From contig JBDRNC010000039.1 of assembly GCA_043811535.1 (NCBI GenBank), positions 92,687-156,686 of the forward strand: DNA of 64,000 nt. Direction: 5' to 3'. This document shows, in pieces, positions 30,130 to 41,408 of the stretch. A program made the translations under genes and the position numbers. Every line of letters begins with the position of its first letter. Within the stretch, counting starts at the first letter, position 1. The notes below the pieces were generated by a model that was given only the letters and a program-made list of their open reading frames with translations, ran no database searches and was not told where the DNA came from. The stretch comes from Elusimicrobiota bacterium. Lineage in GTDB: Bacteria > Elusimicrobiota > Endomicrobiia > Endomicrobiales > JBDRNC01.

Positions 30130-31404
30130 TTAATATGGTGTTGGTTTAATCTTTCTTAATATTTCGCCGGCCAGATACAGCGATCCAACGACAGCGACAG
30201 TGTTTTCCCGGGCGGCTTCAAGCGCCGCTGAAGCTGATTCTGCGGTTGAAACGCTGCCAGCCGGCAAATATTTTTTCCAGATGCCGCTTAAGACGCCTAC
30301 CGGAGCGTTTCTCGGAGAATCTACGGGGCAGATTATCACTTTATCGGTCGCTTCCGAAAGGATTTTAATGGCTTTACCGTAATCCTTATCCTTTAGCATC
30401 CCGAAAATAAACACTGACGGTTTTTTCGCCCACGGGCTTGAGCGCCACGCGCCGGCAAACCTGCGGATCGCGCCGGGATTATGAGCCCCGTCAACAACGT
30501 AAGTCCTGTTTCCGCGTGTAATGACCTCGAACCGACCCGCCCAGCGCACGTTTTTCATGGCGCTGATAATATGAGAGTTCAGTATCTTGAAACCCCTTTG
30601 CCTGAGGAGTTCGCATGCCGCTAGGGACAGAGAGCAATTCTTGAGCTGGTGGACGCCGAGCAGCCGGACAGACAGCTTCAAGAAAAATTTTATACCGTTA
30701 TATCTGAAAAGCTGGTTTCCATTAACCCAGTCAGTCTTTATAGGGGTAAAATCAAAATCCCTGTAAATACGAAATTCGGCCGACTTACGTTTCCGTGCAA
30801 CGGAAGATATTACTTTGGCCGCCTGGCTGTTTTCCGCTCCGGAAATCACGGGACAGCCCTTTTTGATTATGCCGGCTTTTTCAAAAGCTATCCTGCTTAT
30901 CGTATTCCCAAGAACGGCTTTATGGTCGAGGTCTATGTCCGTTATTATGCACGCGAGAGGGTTTTTTAAAGTGTTCGTGGCGTCGAAGCGCCCGCCCAAA
31001 CCCGTTTCAATTACGGCTATATCTATCTTTTCCTGCGCGAAATATATGAAAGCAATGCCCGTCATGAACTCAAAAAATGTCAGCCCGCAGTCTTCCGCCT
31101 TGCGGGAATATATCCTGACGAGCCGGCTAAGCTTATTTCTTTTTATTGGCTCGGAATTTATCTGAATTCTTTCCGTAATGTCGTAAATGTTAGGAGAAAT
31201 GAACAGTCCCGCGCGGTATCCCGCTTCGGCGAGGATGTCCGAGAGCATTTTAGCCGTAGAGCCCTTGCCGTTCGTTCCGGCTATGTGTACCGCAGAGAAT
31301 CTCTTATGGGGTTCCCCGCAGATCTTCAGGAACCTGTGTATCCTTGCGAGGCCGGGTTTCATGCCCGTATATTCCCGTTTCTGCCAAAGATCAAGGTCTT
31401 TCAT
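30130..31404 (-). CDS. folC: folylpolyglutamate synthase/dihydrofolate synthase
   Basis: HIAGTNGKGST, ETGLGGRFDATN, DH...LG, EKAGIIK, DGAHN, GSLYLAG. Confidence 0.93.
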   Translation of the reverse strand: MKDLDLWQKREYTGMKPGLARIHRFLKICGEPHKRFSAVHIAGTNGKGSTAKMLSDILAEAGYRAGLFISPNIYDITERIQINSEPIKRNKLSRLVRIYSRKAEDCGLTFFEFMTGIAFIYFAQEKIDIAVIETGLGGRFDATNTLKNPLACIITDIDLDHKAVLGNTISRIAFEKAGIIKKGCPVISGAENSQAAKVISSVARKRKSAEFRIYRDFDFTPIKTDWVNGNQLFRYNGIKFFLKLSVRLLGVHQLKNCSLSLAACELLRQRGFKILNSHIISAMKNVRWAGRFEVITRGNRTYVVDGAHNPGAIRRFAGAWRSSPWAKKPSVFIFGMLKDKDYGKAIKILSEATDKVIICPVDSPRNAPVGVLSGIWKKYLPAGSVSTAESASAALEAARENTVAVVGSLYLAGEILRKIKPTPY

Positions 31405-31477
31405 TTTCAGCCCGCCTTCGCTGTATTGATGGTTGAAGTTTATAAATTTTCAGAACGTTATAGCTTCGGTGCACAGT

Positions 31478-31560
31478 CCTCCGTAGTCCCGTTCAGGGAC
31501 GAAGGACGGAGTTTTCAGTTTGCCGTAAACGTCATATTTAAATGCCGGATAAATCCGGCA
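31478..31560. repeat. intergenic REP-like palindromes
   Basis: ctccgt..gtccc-gttca-gggac..acggag nested hairpin, and tgccggat-aa-atccggca at 31543-31560. Confidence 0.6.
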
Positions 31561-31565
31561 GAACT

Positions 31566-32378
31566 TCAATTTTTAGGGTCGAAGAAATCAAGCACTCTGA
31601 CAAGAGTGTTCTTCAGGTCTTTCCTTTCGGCTATAATATCTATCATTCCGTGCTGGAGCACGAATTCCGAAAGCTGGAATCCTTCGGGAAGCTGTTGTCG
31701 AATTGTCTGTTCGATGACGCGCGGGCCGGCGAAGCCAACGAGCGCCTTGGGTTCCGCGATTATTACGTCGCCGAGCATCGCGAAAGAAGCGGCCACGCCG
31801 CCAGTGGTAGGGTCCGTCAGCACGGAGATGTAGGGGATGTTATGCTCGGCAAGTATCGCGAGGACCGCGCTTGTTTTGGCCATCTGCATGAGGGAGATTA
31901 TGCCTTCCTGCATCCTGGCGCCTCCGGATGAGGAAATGATGATGAAAGGAATTTTTTTCTTTAGCGAAATCTCGGCTGCCCGGACTATCTTCTCGCCCAC
32001 GACCGCTCCCATGCTCCCGCCCATGAACCCGAAATCCATGACTGCAAGCACCGTCTTGTGCTTTCCGATATCCCCCTCGCCTATGACCACCGCTTCGGGC
32101 AAAACAGCGGCCTGTATCCTTTTTTCGTAATCGGGGAACTTGAGCGGGTCCGTAGGAGACATGCTGCGGTCACATTCCTTGAAAGACTGGTGTTCCGTGA
32201 GCTGTTTTATCCGTTCGTGGGCGCTCAATCTGAAATAAAAGCCGCATTTGGGGCATACTTTAAGGTTTTCGTGAAGCTCCTTGTTGTAAATGATCTGTTC
32301 GCATTTTTTACATTTTGTCCAGACGCCGTGCGGTATTTCCTTTTTTTGTGAAGTTTTCGAATGCTGTTGCTGCATCAT
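31566..32378 (-). CDS. accD: acetyl-CoA carboxylase carboxyltransferase beta subunit
   Basis: WTKCKKC...VCPKC Zn finger, FMGGSMG, SSGGARMQEG, PTTGGV, GFAGPRVIEQT. Start reassigned behind GGAGG. Confidence 0.95.
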   Translation of the reverse strand: MMQQQHSKTSQKKEIPHGVWTKCKKCEQIIYNKELHENLKVCPKCGFYFRLSAHERIKQLTEHQSFKECDRSMSPTDPLKFPDYEKRIQAAVLPEAVVIGEGDIGKHKTVLAVMDFGFMGGSMGAVVGEKIVRAAEISLKKKIPFIIISSSGGARMQEGIISLMQMAKTSAVLAILAEHNIPYISVLTDPTTGGVAASFAMLGDVIIAEPKALVGFAGPRVIEQTIRQQLPEGFQLSEFVLQHGMIDIIAERKDLKNTLVRVLDFFDPKN

Positions 32379-32391
32379 GATTCCTCCCGGA

Positions 32392-33186
32392 TCAAACAAG
32401 AGCGCATTTAAGCGATCTTACGAACTCCGACAGTTTTTTTGTTCTCTTGTCGGCACTGCGGTATTTTGTCAGGATATCGATGACGGCGGAGCCTACAATG
32501 ACACCGTCGACGTATTTTTTAAGCGAGCGCACCTGTTCGGCCCTGGATATGCCGAAACCGATGTATCTCGGTTTCCGGATATTGCTTTTTGTCCTAGCAA
32601 GAAATGTAATTAAGTCCTTAGGCAGGTTTTTTCTTCCTCCCGTAACGCCTGTTAGCGAAACAATGTAGACAAAAGGATCCGAATAACGCGCGATGCTCTT
32701 TAACCGCCCTGCGGGCGTGTTCGGCGCGGCAAGGAATATGAGCGAGACACCGTGTTTCTTGAAGATCTTACGCAGCTCGTCGCTTTCTTCCGGTATCAGG
32801 TCCGGAACAATGAACCCGTCAACGCCGCTCCGGCCCGCCAGTTCCGCAGTCCTTTCAATCCCGTTGCGCATAAGCGGGTTGAGATACCCCATCAGTATTA
32901 CCGGCGTGTCGCAGTTCCTGCGTATCTTTTTGACTAATTGAAATATCTTGTCAAGGCTCATTCCATTCTTGAGGGCCTGATCGGACGAGCGCTGGATGGT
33001 AGGGCCGTCGGCTATAGGGTCCGAGAACGGAATACCCAGCTCCACTATATCGGCGCCTGAATCCACGAGCGTCCTGAAAATGCCTTCAGTGGCCCCCGCG
33101 GATGGATATCCCGCGGTGATATAGGTTATCAGGGCTTTCTTTTTCTGCTTTTTCAGGGATAATACTTTTTTTTCAAGTCTGTTCAT
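32392..33186 (-). CDS. trpA: tryptophan synthase alpha chain
   Basis: ELGIPFSDPIADGPTIQ, GYLNP, VPDL, GVTG, GFGIS, DGVIVGSA. Confidence 0.96.
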   Translation of the reverse strand: MNRLEKKVLSLKKQKKKALITYITAGYPSAGATEGIFRTLVDSGADIVELGIPFSDPIADGPTIQRSSDQALKNGMSLDKIFQLVKKIRRNCDTPVILMGYLNPLMRNGIERTAELAGRSGVDGFIVPDLIPEESDELRKIFKKHGVSLIFLAAPNTPAGRLKSIARYSDPFVYIVSLTGVTGGRKNLPKDLITFLARTKSNIRKPRYIGFGISRAEQVRSLKKYVDGVIVGSAVIDILTKYRSADKRTKKLSEFVRSLKCALV

Positions 33187-33280
33187 TTGTTTTTTGAAGC
33201 TGTTTGTCTTTTATTTCGAATTTCGAGTTTCGAATTTAGGATTTAATATAACAAACGCTAATTAGATATTTGCTAAGCAT

Positions 33281-34429
33281 TTATAACTTCATTACTGTGC
33301 GCATTGTGTCTATATCTTTATCGCCGCGGCCCGATAGGCAAACCACTATGATATTGTTTTTCGGAAGTTTCGGGGCGAGTTTGGGCAGGTGCGCGAACGC
33401 GTGGGCCGATTCGAGCGCGGGTATTATCCCTTCAACGCAGGATAATGTATTAAAGGCGTCAACTGCCTGCTTGTCCGTTACCGCGTAATAGCGCGCGCGG
33501 CCCGACTGCCTGTAAAAACTGTGTTCCGGCCCGACTCCCGGATAATCGAGACCCGCCGAAATGGAATGCGTGCCAGAAATCTGGCCGTCTTTATCCTGCA
33601 GTACGTATGTTTTCATGCCGTGCAGGACTCCGATCTTTCCCTTGCACAACGTAGCAGCTCCTGCTGCTTCAAGTCCTATGAATTTAACCTTTTTATCCTT
33701 ATAAAAAGCGCTGAAAAGCCCCAGCGAGTTGCTTCCCCCGCCTACGCAGGCGAGAAGGTAATCCGGAAGGCGGCCCTCGGCGGCCAGTATCTGCGACCTT
33801 GTTTCTTTCCCCACCACGGACTGGAACTGCCTTACCATCAGAGGGTACGGATAGGGGCCCATCACCGAGCCGATAACGTAAAACGTGGTGCCGACGTTCG
33901 ACACCCAGTCGCGCATCGCCTCGTTTATGGCGTCTTTAAGCGTCCTGCTTCCCGACTTAACGGGTATGACCCTGGCGCCCATCAATTCCATCCTGAAAAC
34001 GTTGAGCGCCTGCCTGCGGATGTCTTCTTCGCCCATGAATACATCGCACTTAAGGCCGAAGAGTGCCGCGGCGGTGGCTGTCGCGACCCCGTGCTGGCCC
34101 GCGCCAGTCTCAGCAATGACTCTTTTTTTGCCGAGTTTTTTCGCGAGCAGGACCTGACCGAGGGTATTGTTTAGTTTGTGGGAACCAGTATGGCAGAGGT
34201 CCTCGCGCTTGATATATATCTTCGCGCCGCCGAATTTACGCGTGAGCCCTTCGGCAAAATACAGGGGCGTGGGCCGGCCGGCATAGACTTTAAGATAATA
34301 ATCGAGCTCGGCGCGGAACTTCCTGTCCTTCCAAGCTGACAGGAAAGCCCTCTCCAATTCCCTGATGGGAGTCACCAGTGTTTCAGGAATGAACTGTCCG
34401 CCGAAACCGCCGAAATATCCTTTTTTCAT
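33281..34429 (-). CDS. trpB: tryptophan synthase beta chain
   Basis: [57 protein letters not shown]. Confidence 0.97.
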   Translation of the reverse strand: MKKGYFGGFGGQFIPETLVTPIRELERAFLSAWKDRKFRAELDYYLKVYAGRPTPLYFAEGLTRKFGGAKIYIKREDLCHTGSHKLNNTLGQVLLAKKLGKKRVIAETGAGQHGVATATAAALFGLKCDVFMGEEDIRRQALNVFRMELMGARVIPVKSGSRTLKDAINEAMRDWVSNVGTTFYVIGSVMGPYPYPLMVRQFQSVVGKETRSQILAAEGRLPDYLLACVGGGSNSLGLFSAFYKDKKVKFIGLEAAGAATLCKGKIGVLHGMKTYVLQDKDGQISGTHSISAGLDYPGVGPEHSFYRQSGRARYYAVTDKQAVDAFNTLSCVEGIIPALESAHAFAHLPKLAPKLPKNNIIVVCLSGRGDKDIDTMRTVMKL

Positions 34430-34472
34430 AATGTTCTTTGATTCCTATTCGCTATTCTCTATTCCCTGTTTT

Positions 34473-35435
34473 TTAAATTCCCTCAGCCAGCAGGTCCCGT
34501 TCGTCCAGAATGCCTACCGGCTTTGAGTTCTTATTTACCACAGGAATATTGTCGAAATTATGCTTCTTAAGTATTTTCGCAGCTTCGACGGCAAGCGTGT
34601 CGGGCCCTATCGTAAGAGGCGACCTTGTCATAACTGAAGAGATTTTTCGCTGGAGAAGCTTTTTGTCGGTCTGCAGTTTGCGGCGCAGGTCGCCGTCAGT
34701 GAAGAAACCGACGAATCTGCCGGCTTTATTGGTCACGCTTGTAGCGCCTAGCCGTGTCCGTGTCATTACGAGCAGCGCTTCGTTGACGGTATGGTTCTCG
34801 GTTATGAGCGGATTATTTTTCCCGGTTCTCATGATATCTTTAACCTTGGTTGTCAATTTCTTCCCGATCCCGCCTCCGGGGTGGAATCTTTCAAGGTGCT
34901 CCTTCCTGAACCCTTTCTTTTCCGCCGCGCAAAGAGCCAGCGCGTCGCCCATTGCGAGCATAGCGGTTGTGGAAGCCGTGGGGGCGAGGTTATACGAACA
35001 GGCCTCCTTTTCCACGCGGCTGTTTATTATGGAGTCGGCCTGTTTCCAGATCTTCGCCGAAGGATGTCCGGTTATAACCACTATTTTCGCGCCCATGTTC
35101 CTGAATACGGGGACAACCTTTTTAATCTCGTCCGATTCGCCGGTGTATGAAAGCGCGAGGATAACATCGTCTGGCATCAGCATGCCTATGTCTCCGTGAA
35201 GGCATTCAGCGGGATGCAGAAACAGCGCCGGTATCCCGACCGAAGACATCGTGGCGGCTATCTTCCTTCCGATGAGCCCGGATTTGCCGATACCCACCAC
35301 GGCAACTCTTCCGGTTGACCTGTAGATTATATCAACCGCCTTTTCGAACTCGTTGTTTATGTGCCTTACCTGGCCGCTGACGGCCTTTGATTCGATATTC
35401 AGAATTTCTTTTGCGCGCTCTTTGCAGTTGCTCAT
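34473..35435 (-). CDS. kdsD: arabinose-5-phosphate isomerase, KpsF/GutQ family (SIS + CBS pair)
   Basis: GIGKSGLIGRKIAAT, HPAECLHGDIG, APTASTT, FHPGG, TDGDLRR. Start probably 35435 (ORF track gives 35462). Confidence 0.9.
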   Translation of the reverse strand: MSNCKERAKEILNIESKAVSGQVRHINNEFEKAVDIIYRSTGRVAVVGIGKSGLIGRKIAATMSSVGIPALFLHPAECLHGDIGMLMPDDVILALSYTGESDEIKKVVPVFRNMGAKIVVITGHPSAKIWKQADSIINSRVEKEACSYNLAPTASTTAMLAMGDALALCAAEKKGFRKEHLERFHPGGGIGKKLTTKVKDIMRTGKNNPLITENHTVNEALLVMTRTRLGATSVTNKAGRFVGFFTDGDLRRKLQTDKKLLQRKISSVMTRSPLTIGPDTLAVEAAKILKKHNFDNIPVVNKNSKPVGILDERDLLAEGI

Positions 35436-35469
35436 AATTTTTACCTCTCCTAAGCGAGACACAACACTG

Positions 35470-36102
35470 CTATAGTCCCCGCGCGTTCCGGATAAACGCT
35501 TTCATTTTCTCAAAATCCTTCTTGCGCTGGAGTCGTTCAACCCCGGAAGCGGCGTCAACGCCGAACGGAAATACTTTTTCAATGGCGTCAGCCACGTTGT
35601 CCGGAGTCAATCCTCCGGCAAGGAATACGGGGATATTGAGGTCTTTCGCTTTTAAAGCGATGTCCCAGTTGAATGTTTCCCCCGTCCCGCCCGGTTCTCC
35701 TTCTACGTGCGCGTCCAGCAGGAAATATTTCACGGCGTCTTTGTACTGTTGAAGCTGTTCGATGACCGTTTCGTCCTTGACGCGGAAGGCCTTTATCACG
35801 GGAATCTGGGTAAGTTCAAATGCCTGCCTGCAGTAATCCGGTGTTTCAAACCCGTGGAGCTGAAGGCACTTGAAACCGCATTTTTTCGCGGTTTTCGCGA
35901 GCGCCTGTATGTCCTCGTCAACGAACACTCCAACCGGAGATATGAACGGCGGGAGTTTAGAGATTATGTCTTTTGCCATGTTTAAGGATATTTTTCTAGG
36001 GCTTTCCTTATACATGTTAAGTCCGATAAAATCGGCTCCCAGGCTGGCGACAAGCGTGGCGTCCTCAACGTTCGTCACTCCGCAGATTTTCACTTTCATC
36101 AT
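35470..36102 (-). CDS. trpF: phosphoribosylanthranilate isomerase
   Basis: KVKICG, SPR, VGVF, QLHG.E, GGTG.TFNW, LAGGL, GVDAASGVE. Confidence 0.95.
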   Translation of the reverse strand: MMKVKICGVTNVEDATLVASLGADFIGLNMYKESPRKISLNMAKDIISKLPPFISPVGVFVDEDIQALAKTAKKCGFKCLQLHGFETPDYCRQAFELTQIPVIKAFRVKDETVIEQLQQYKDAVKYFLLDAHVEGEPGGTGETFNWDIALKAKDLNIPVFLAGGLTPDNVADAIEKVFPFGVDAASGVERLQRKKDFEKMKAFIRNARGL

Positions 36103-36110
36103 AAAGTTTA

Positions 36111-36341
36111 CCCCGTTAGAGATAGATAGGAATACTCAAATTGAGATTATTGAAAAACCCCAACAATCTCTGATTACGCTGATTTTACAAAGATTATGCA
36201 GATTAAACTCCGACGATGTTTCTGTGAAATCTGCTTCTATAATCTGTGTAATCAAGAACGTTGAGGACTTTTTCAACGGTCTCAAATTGGAATTTCAAAT
36301 GCTGCGCAAAGCGCCGGTTAGACAGTTAATCTCTAACGGGG
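36111..36341. mobile_element. non-autonomous MITE-like element with 13-bp terminal inverted repeats, carrying a nested second element
   Basis: CCCCGTTAGAGAT (36111-36123) ... ATCTCTAACGGGG (36329-36341); the same termini occur at 42997-43114. Confidence 0.75.
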
Positions 36342-36342
36342 C

Positions 36343-37122
36343 TTACCTCATTAGCTCTTTCACTGCCGAAGCCCTGTCGCCGCTTCTCATAACGCTTTCG
36401 CCTATAAGAAACGCCCTCACTCCCGACAGCGAGTACCGTTTTATGTCGTCTTTTGTTTTTATTCCGCTTTCAATGATTATTAGCTTGCCTGCGGGTATTT
36501 TCGGGATAATCCGCTCCGATGTTTTTAAGTCTACGGAAAAATCGTCAAGGTTACGGTTGTTGATCCCTATGATCCCGGCGTCGGCGTCAACCGCCTTTTC
36601 CAGGTCGTTCTCGTCATGGATCTCAACCAGGCATTCTATCCCGATGGAGCGCGCTTCGGAAACCATGTTTTTCAGTTCCTGTTTTTCAAGCGCTGCAGCT
36701 ATCAGCAGCAGCGCATCGGCGCCTAAGTACGCAGATTCGGCGACCTGGTAGCGGTCAACGATGAAATCCTTGCGGAGCACGGGAAGCCCGCAGTTTTTCC
36801 TGACCACAGCGATGTACGACGGTTTCCCTTGAAAATATTTTTCTTCCGTAAGGACCGATATTGCCGAAGCGCCGCCTTTTTCGTATTCGCGCGCGATTAC
36901 CGCGGGGTCAAAATCAGCCAGGATCACTCCCGCCGACGGGCTTGCCTTCTTGATCTCGGCGATAATTTTAATCTTGCCGGCGCCCCCGACAGCTTTTCTG
37001 AAATCGCGCGGCTTATACGAGGTTCCGAGTATTTTCCTTATTTCTTCGAGCGGAAGTTCTGCCTTCGACGTTTCAACCGTCTTTTTCTTTTCAGCGATTA
37101 TTTCATTCAGAATACTATGCAT
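36343..37122 (-). CDS. trpC: indole-3-glycerol phosphate synthase
   Basis: [44 protein letters not shown]. Start reassigned to MHSILNEI. Confidence 0.96.
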   Translation of the reverse strand: MHSILNEIIAEKKKTVETSKAELPLEEIRKILGTSYKPRDFRKAVGGAGKIKIIAEIKKASPSAGVILADFDPAVIAREYEKGGASAISVLTEEKYFQGKPSYIAVVRKNCGLPVLRKDFIVDRYQVAESAYLGADALLLIAAALEKQELKNMVSEARSIGIECLVEIHDENDLEKAVDADAGIIGINNRNLDDFSVDLKTSERIIPKIPAGKLIIIESGIKTKDDIKRYSLSGVRAFLIGESVMRSGDRASAVKELMR

Positions 37123-38164
37123 TTGTGGCCCTGACCAGAAGCTCAAGCTTTTTCGCCGCGTTCCCGTAGTCAAGCGCTTCCGCGGCCGCAGCTATCCCCT
37201 TTTTCAGGTCCTTGACTTTCTCCCCGACATATAGGCCGGCCGCGGCGTTTAACAGGACGATATCCCTCTTCGGGCCTTCTTTGCCGGAAAGGATCTCTCT
37301 TATGATATGCGCGTTCTGTTGCGCGCTGCCGCCTTTGATATCTTCAAGCTTTGCGGATTTCAGCCCAAAATCCTCGGGTTTGACGCTGAATGTCTTGATA
37401 TTGCCGTTTTTAAGTTCTGCGACGTGAGTAGGGCCTGTGATGGAAATCTCGTCAACGCCGTCGTTGCCGTGAACGACCCATGCGGATTTTGTGCCAAGAT
37501 TCTTAAGCACTCCCGCCATTTTTTCCGCGAGCTCCTTGCTGTAAACGCCTAGGACCTGCGCAGTCGCGCCGGCGGGGTTTGTGAGCGGGCCGAGTATGTT
37601 AAAAACCGTCCTGATGCCTATCTGTTTCCGCGGCCCTATTGCGTATTTCATGGCGCCGTGGAGAGAAGGCGCGAAAAGAAAGCCGATGCCGATGGTCTTG
37701 AGGCATTCCTCTACTTTTTCCGGGGGGACGTTGAGGTTCACTCCGAGCGCTTCGAGCACGTCGGCGCTGCCGCACGAGCTTGAAACGGAGCGGTTTCCGT
37801 GCTTGGCGACGGTAAGCCCGCACGCCGCTATGACGAACGCCGTGGCGGTTGATACGTTGAAGGTGGAAGTGCCGTCGCCGCCTGTGCCGCAAGTGTCCAG
37901 GATGGTTTCTCTGTCTATATTTATGTCTTCCCTGTCTATGTCGACTGCGGCCTTCACGGTAATTGGAGTGGCGAACCGCCTCATTATCCTCGCGAAACCG
38001 GTTATCTCTTCCGTTGTTTCGCCTTTCATGCGGAGAGCCGTGATGAGCGACGCGATTTGAGCTTCCGTCGCTTCTCCCGACATGATCTCGGTCATGGCCT
38101 CCGCCGCTTCGGATTCGCTGAGATTCTCTTTTCTGACAGCTTTTGATATGGCTTCTTTTATCAC
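37115..38164 (-). CDS. trpD: anthranilate phosphoribosyltransferase
   Basis: [51 protein letters not shown]. Confidence 0.96.
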   Translation of the reverse strand: MIKEAISKAVRKENLSESEAAEAMTEIMSGEATEAQIASLITALRMKGETTEEITGFARIMRRFATPITVKAAVDIDREDINIDRETILDTCGTGGDGTSTFNVSTATAFVIAACGLTVAKHGNRSVSSSCGSADVLEALGVNLNVPPEKVEECLKTIGIGFLFAPSLHGAMKYAIGPRKQIGIRTVFNILGPLTNPAGATAQVLGVYSKELAEKMAGVLKNLGTKSAWVVHGNDGVDEISITGPTHVAELKNGNIKTFSVKPEDFGLKSAKLEDIKGGSAQQNAHIIREILSGKEGPKRDIVLLNAAAGLYVGEKVKDLKKGIAAAAEALDYGNAAKKLELLVRATNA

Positions 38165-38742
38165 GGTTTTTCCCTCCCGGCAAGGCCGCGGAAATTCCTG
38201 AGCAGCCTCCTGCCGTGTTCCGTTAAAATAGATTCGGGGTGAAACTGCACGCCTTCAACAAGAAACCGGCGGTGCCTCAGGCCCATTATCTCGCCTTCTT
38301 TCGTGCGCGCGGTGACCTGAAGCTCTCTCGGCAGGGATTTTTTCTCCACAAGCAGTGAATGGTAGCGTATGGCTTCAAACGGGTCCGGGAGCCCCTTGTA
38401 AATTGTTTTCCCGTCGTGGTGTATCATCGATGTCTTGCCGTGCATTATTCTGGAAGCCCTGACAATCTTGCCTCCGAAGGCCTCTCCGATGGCCTGGTGC
38501 CCCAGACATACCCCGAGGATCGGAATCTTGCCGGCGTACGCGCGGATGGTCTCAACTGAAATGCCCGCTTCGGCGGGCGTGCAAGGCCCGGGTGAAACAA
38601 GAATAAAGCTTGGTTTCAGTTTCCCTATATCTTCAACCTTTATTTCATTGTTCCTGAAAACGCGGATGTCTTTTTCCCATTCGCCCAGGTACTGGACCAG
38701 GTTATAAACAAACGAATCAAAGTTATCGATGACTAGAATCAT
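38161..38742 (-). CDS. trpG: anthranilate synthase component II (glutamine amidotransferase)
   Basis: [33 protein letters not shown]; located between trpE and trpD. Confidence 0.92.
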   Translation of the reverse strand: MILVIDNFDSFVYNLVQYLGEWEKDIRVFRNNEIKVEDIGKLKPSFILVSPGPCTPAEAGISVETIRAYAGKIPILGVCLGHQAIGEAFGGKIVRASRIMHGKTSMIHHDGKTIYKGLPDPFEAIRYHSLLVEKKSLPRELQVTARTKEGEIMGLRHRRFLVEGVQFHPESILTEHGRRLLRNFRGLAGREKP

Positions 38743-38826
38743 AAGATAATTCTCCAATTACATATTACGGATTAAAGACGAAAAGATGTCAATTTGTAAT
38801 TTGGAATCTGTAATTTGTAATTATAT

Positions 38827-40311
38827 TTATTCTATGCCTTTCTCCGCCATGTCTATCGCGGCGAACAATGCCGCGGCCTTGTTTTTGGATTCCTGGTACT
38901 CGCGTGACGGGACCGAATCGTAAACAATGCCGGCGCCGGCCTGTATGTACGCTGTCCCGTCTTTTACGATCATTGTCCTTATTGTTATCGCCATATCCAT
39001 GTTTCCGGAAAACGAAAAATAGCCCACAGCGCCGCCGTACGGGCCGCGCGCTTCGGGCTCAAGTTCGTCGATTATCTCCATTGCCCTTATCTTGGGCGCC
39101 CCGGAGAGCGTGCCGGCGGGGAAGCAGGCCGCGAAAAGGTCGTAGGAGTCAACGCCCGGTTTGAGAGTCCCGGTAACCGAAGACACGATATGAATGACAT
39201 GCGAGTATTTTTCTATCGTCATAAGCTGGGGCACTTTCACGGAGCCGTGCCGGCAGACGCGCCCGAGGTCATTGCGCCCGAGGTCCACAAGCATGATATG
39301 CTCGGCCCTTTCTTTTTTATCGGATAGAAGTTCCCGGACCAGGCGGGTCTCTTCCTGCTCGGTCTTTCCGCGCGGCTTTGTGCCGGCGATAGGCCTTGTC
39401 TCGGCGGTGGAATCCTCTTTCCTGACAAGGATTTCGGGAGATGACCCGGCTATGCTGAAACCGTCCAGGTTGATGAAATACATGTAGGGAGAAGGATTCA
39501 GGAGCCTCAGCGCCCTGTAAACGTCGAACGGTTCCGCGTTCAATTTTTTAGAAAACCGCTGAGAAAGCACGGTCTGGATAATATCCCCTGCCTTTATGTA
39601 TTTCTTCGCTTTGACCACTATTTTTTCAAAATCTCGCCCGGTCATGTTGGAAGTAACTTCGTCCGGGCGGCGGCTCTTTGCTTTCCTGCGCCCCGGAACG
39701 GCCGATTTTTCAAGTTTAGATTCTATCTTTTCAATTTCTTCGACGGCGCATTTATAGACAGTTTTCGGATCGTCGCCGTTCCTCATGTCCGCGCACACGA
39801 CGATCTTGAGAGTATGCTTTAGATGGTCGAATATGACAAGATGGTCCGTTATCAGAAATACAGAATCCGGAAGCCCGAGCCTGTCCGCCGGTTTGTTTTC
39901 CAGTTTTTCAATGAACCTGACCATGTCGTAAGAGGCGTAGCCCACCGCTCCGCCCCAGAACCTGGGCAGACCCTTGACTTCAACCGGCTTGAACTCCGAC
40001 ATCAGCTGTTTTAACTCGTCAAGAGGCTTTTCGGCCGGCCTCCACGACGGATTTTCTTTTGGCGCGCGGACAGAGACCTTCTTTCCTCGGCTCTGGAAGA
40101 CCAGCTTCGGGGCCCATGATATAAATGAAAAACGCCCCCATCTCTCTCCTCCCTCGACGCTCTCGAGAAGATACGAGTAGCGCTCATTCCTGGCGAGTTT
40201 CAGGAAAGTAGAGACCGGCGTTTCCATATCCGCAAGGATTTCCTTGAAGACAGGCACGACGTTGCCCTTTTTTGAAAGCCTGATGAATTCTTTTATATCC
40301 GGGTTATACAT
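38827..40311 (-). CDS. trpE: anthranilate synthase component I
   Basis: LLES, GRFSF, LNPSPYM, SSPE, RPIAGT, KERAEHIMLVDLGRND, FPAGTLSGAPKIRAM. Confidence 0.96.
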   Translation of the reverse strand: MYNPDIKEFIRLSKKGNVVPVFKEILADMETPVSTFLKLARNERYSYLLESVEGGERWGRFSFISWAPKLVFQSRGKKVSVRAPKENPSWRPAEKPLDELKQLMSEFKPVEVKGLPRFWGGAVGYASYDMVRFIEKLENKPADRLGLPDSVFLITDHLVIFDHLKHTLKIVVCADMRNGDDPKTVYKCAVEEIEKIESKLEKSAVPGRRKAKSRRPDEVTSNMTGRDFEKIVVKAKKYIKAGDIIQTVLSQRFSKKLNAEPFDVYRALRLLNPSPYMYFINLDGFSIAGSSPEILVRKEDSTAETRPIAGTKPRGKTEQEETRLVRELLSDKKERAEHIMLVDLGRNDLGRVCRHGSVKVPQLMTIEKYSHVIHIVSSVTGTLKPGVDSYDLFAACFPAGTLSGAPKIRAMEIIDELEPEARGPYGGAVGYFSFSGNMDMAITIRTMIVKDGTAYIQAGAGIVYDSVPSREYQESKNKAAALFAAIDMAEKGIE

Positions 40312-40327
40312 AGTTTCAGAAATAGTG

Positions 40328-40840
40328 TCAAAAAAACAGAATGAGTTTCCCTTTTACGGCGCTTACCGGGATGAAATATGAGTGCTTCCCCGTTTCAGGA
40401 TTTTTCCAGTCCCTGCTGTCTTCGGATTCGTCTCGGTTGTCGCCCATCACGAAAAGCATTCCCCGGGGTATTTCAAACGGCCCCAGATTGTCTCCCACCA
40501 GGATTTCCCTCGGCCGCGTATGCTTGACGTAGTTCTCGGCAAGTTTTACGCCGTTGATGTAAACGGCCTTGTCCCTTATCTCTATCGTATCGCCTTCGAC
40601 GGCGATGACGCGTTTTATAAGATCGTAGTTCTCGGTTTCGGGCGACGGAAATACTATGAAATCGTTCCTTTTGGGCTCTCTGAACATGTACGTAAGCTTT
40701 TCAAGGAAAAAGCTGCTACCCATCTTAAGCGTCGGCTCCATGGATGTGGAAGCCACGTATATGCCTTCAATTACGAAAGTCCTCAGCAGAAGTGTTGCGG
40801 CCACGCCTATTGCCAGAAGGAATAGAAGTCTTCTTATCAT
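40328..40840 (-). CDS. lepB: signal peptidase I
   Basis: STSMEPTL (catalytic Ser), LIKRVIA (catalytic Lys), [12 protein letters not shown]. Confidence 0.9.
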   Translation of the reverse strand: MIRRLLFLLAIGVAATLLLRTFVIEGIYVASTSMEPTLKMGSSFFLEKLTYMFREPKRNDFIVFPSPETENYDLIKRVIAVEGDTIEIRDKAVYINGVKLAENYVKHTRPREILVGDNLGPFEIPRGMLFVMGDNRDESEDSRDWKNPETGKHSYFIPVSAVKGKLILFF

Positions 40841-41232
40841 TTCTTCGCGGTTTTATATACTTTGTCCGGATTGAAAACTCTTTTTCCTTTTACGCTTATC
40901 CTTCCGCCGGAAGATACATTTCTGTAAAAACACGAGCGATATCCCGCGTGGCAGGCCGCGCCGCCTAACTGCGCTACTTTCAGAAGAATGCAGTCGCCGT
41001 CACAGTCAAAATACATGCCCTTAACATTCTGAATATTTCCGGATTGTTCGCCTTTTACCCAGAACTTTTTCCTCGAGCGGCTCCAGAATGTAGCCTTTCC
41101 GGTTTTCAATGTCTTTTTGACGGCTTCGCGGTTCATATAAGCGACCATGAGCACGGCGCCGTCCTTCCAATCTTGAACTACGCACGGTATCAGACCGTTG
41201 GCATCGAATTTCAATTTGTTTATAAAACTCAT
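40837..41232 (-). CDS. hisI: phosphoribosyl-AMP cyclohydrolase (monofunctional)
   Basis: [37 protein letters not shown]. Confidence 0.94.
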   Translation of the reverse strand: MSFINKLKFDANGLIPCVVQDWKDGAVLMVAYMNREAVKKTLKTGKATFWSRSRKKFWVKGEQSGNIQNVKGMYFDCDGDCILLKVAQLGGAACHAGYRSCFYRNVSSGGRISVKGKRVFNPDKVYKTAKK

Positions 41233-41244
41233 ATTCTCCTCTTA

Positions 41245-41408
41245 AAACACTAAATGCTAAATAAGCTCAAAATACAAATAGTTAAACTCAAACACTGCAT
41301 TTATATTTGATTTTTGGAATTGTGATTTTGAATTTACGACTTCATTAGTATCCTTAAATGGAGTCCCGCAAAGCGGGACTTAGTGCTTAGAATTTAGTTT
41401 TTAGTATT
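41245..41408. repeat. intergenic short-period inverted-repeat array with an embedded GC hairpin
   Basis: aacactaaatgctaaa...caaa-type left arm and tttga/ttag-type right arm; AGTCCCGC-aaa-GCGGGACT at 41362-41380. Confidence 0.65.

Noticed and set aside
40312..40327. trp attenuator or T-box upstream of trpE
   Set aside because: The spacer is only ~16 bp.
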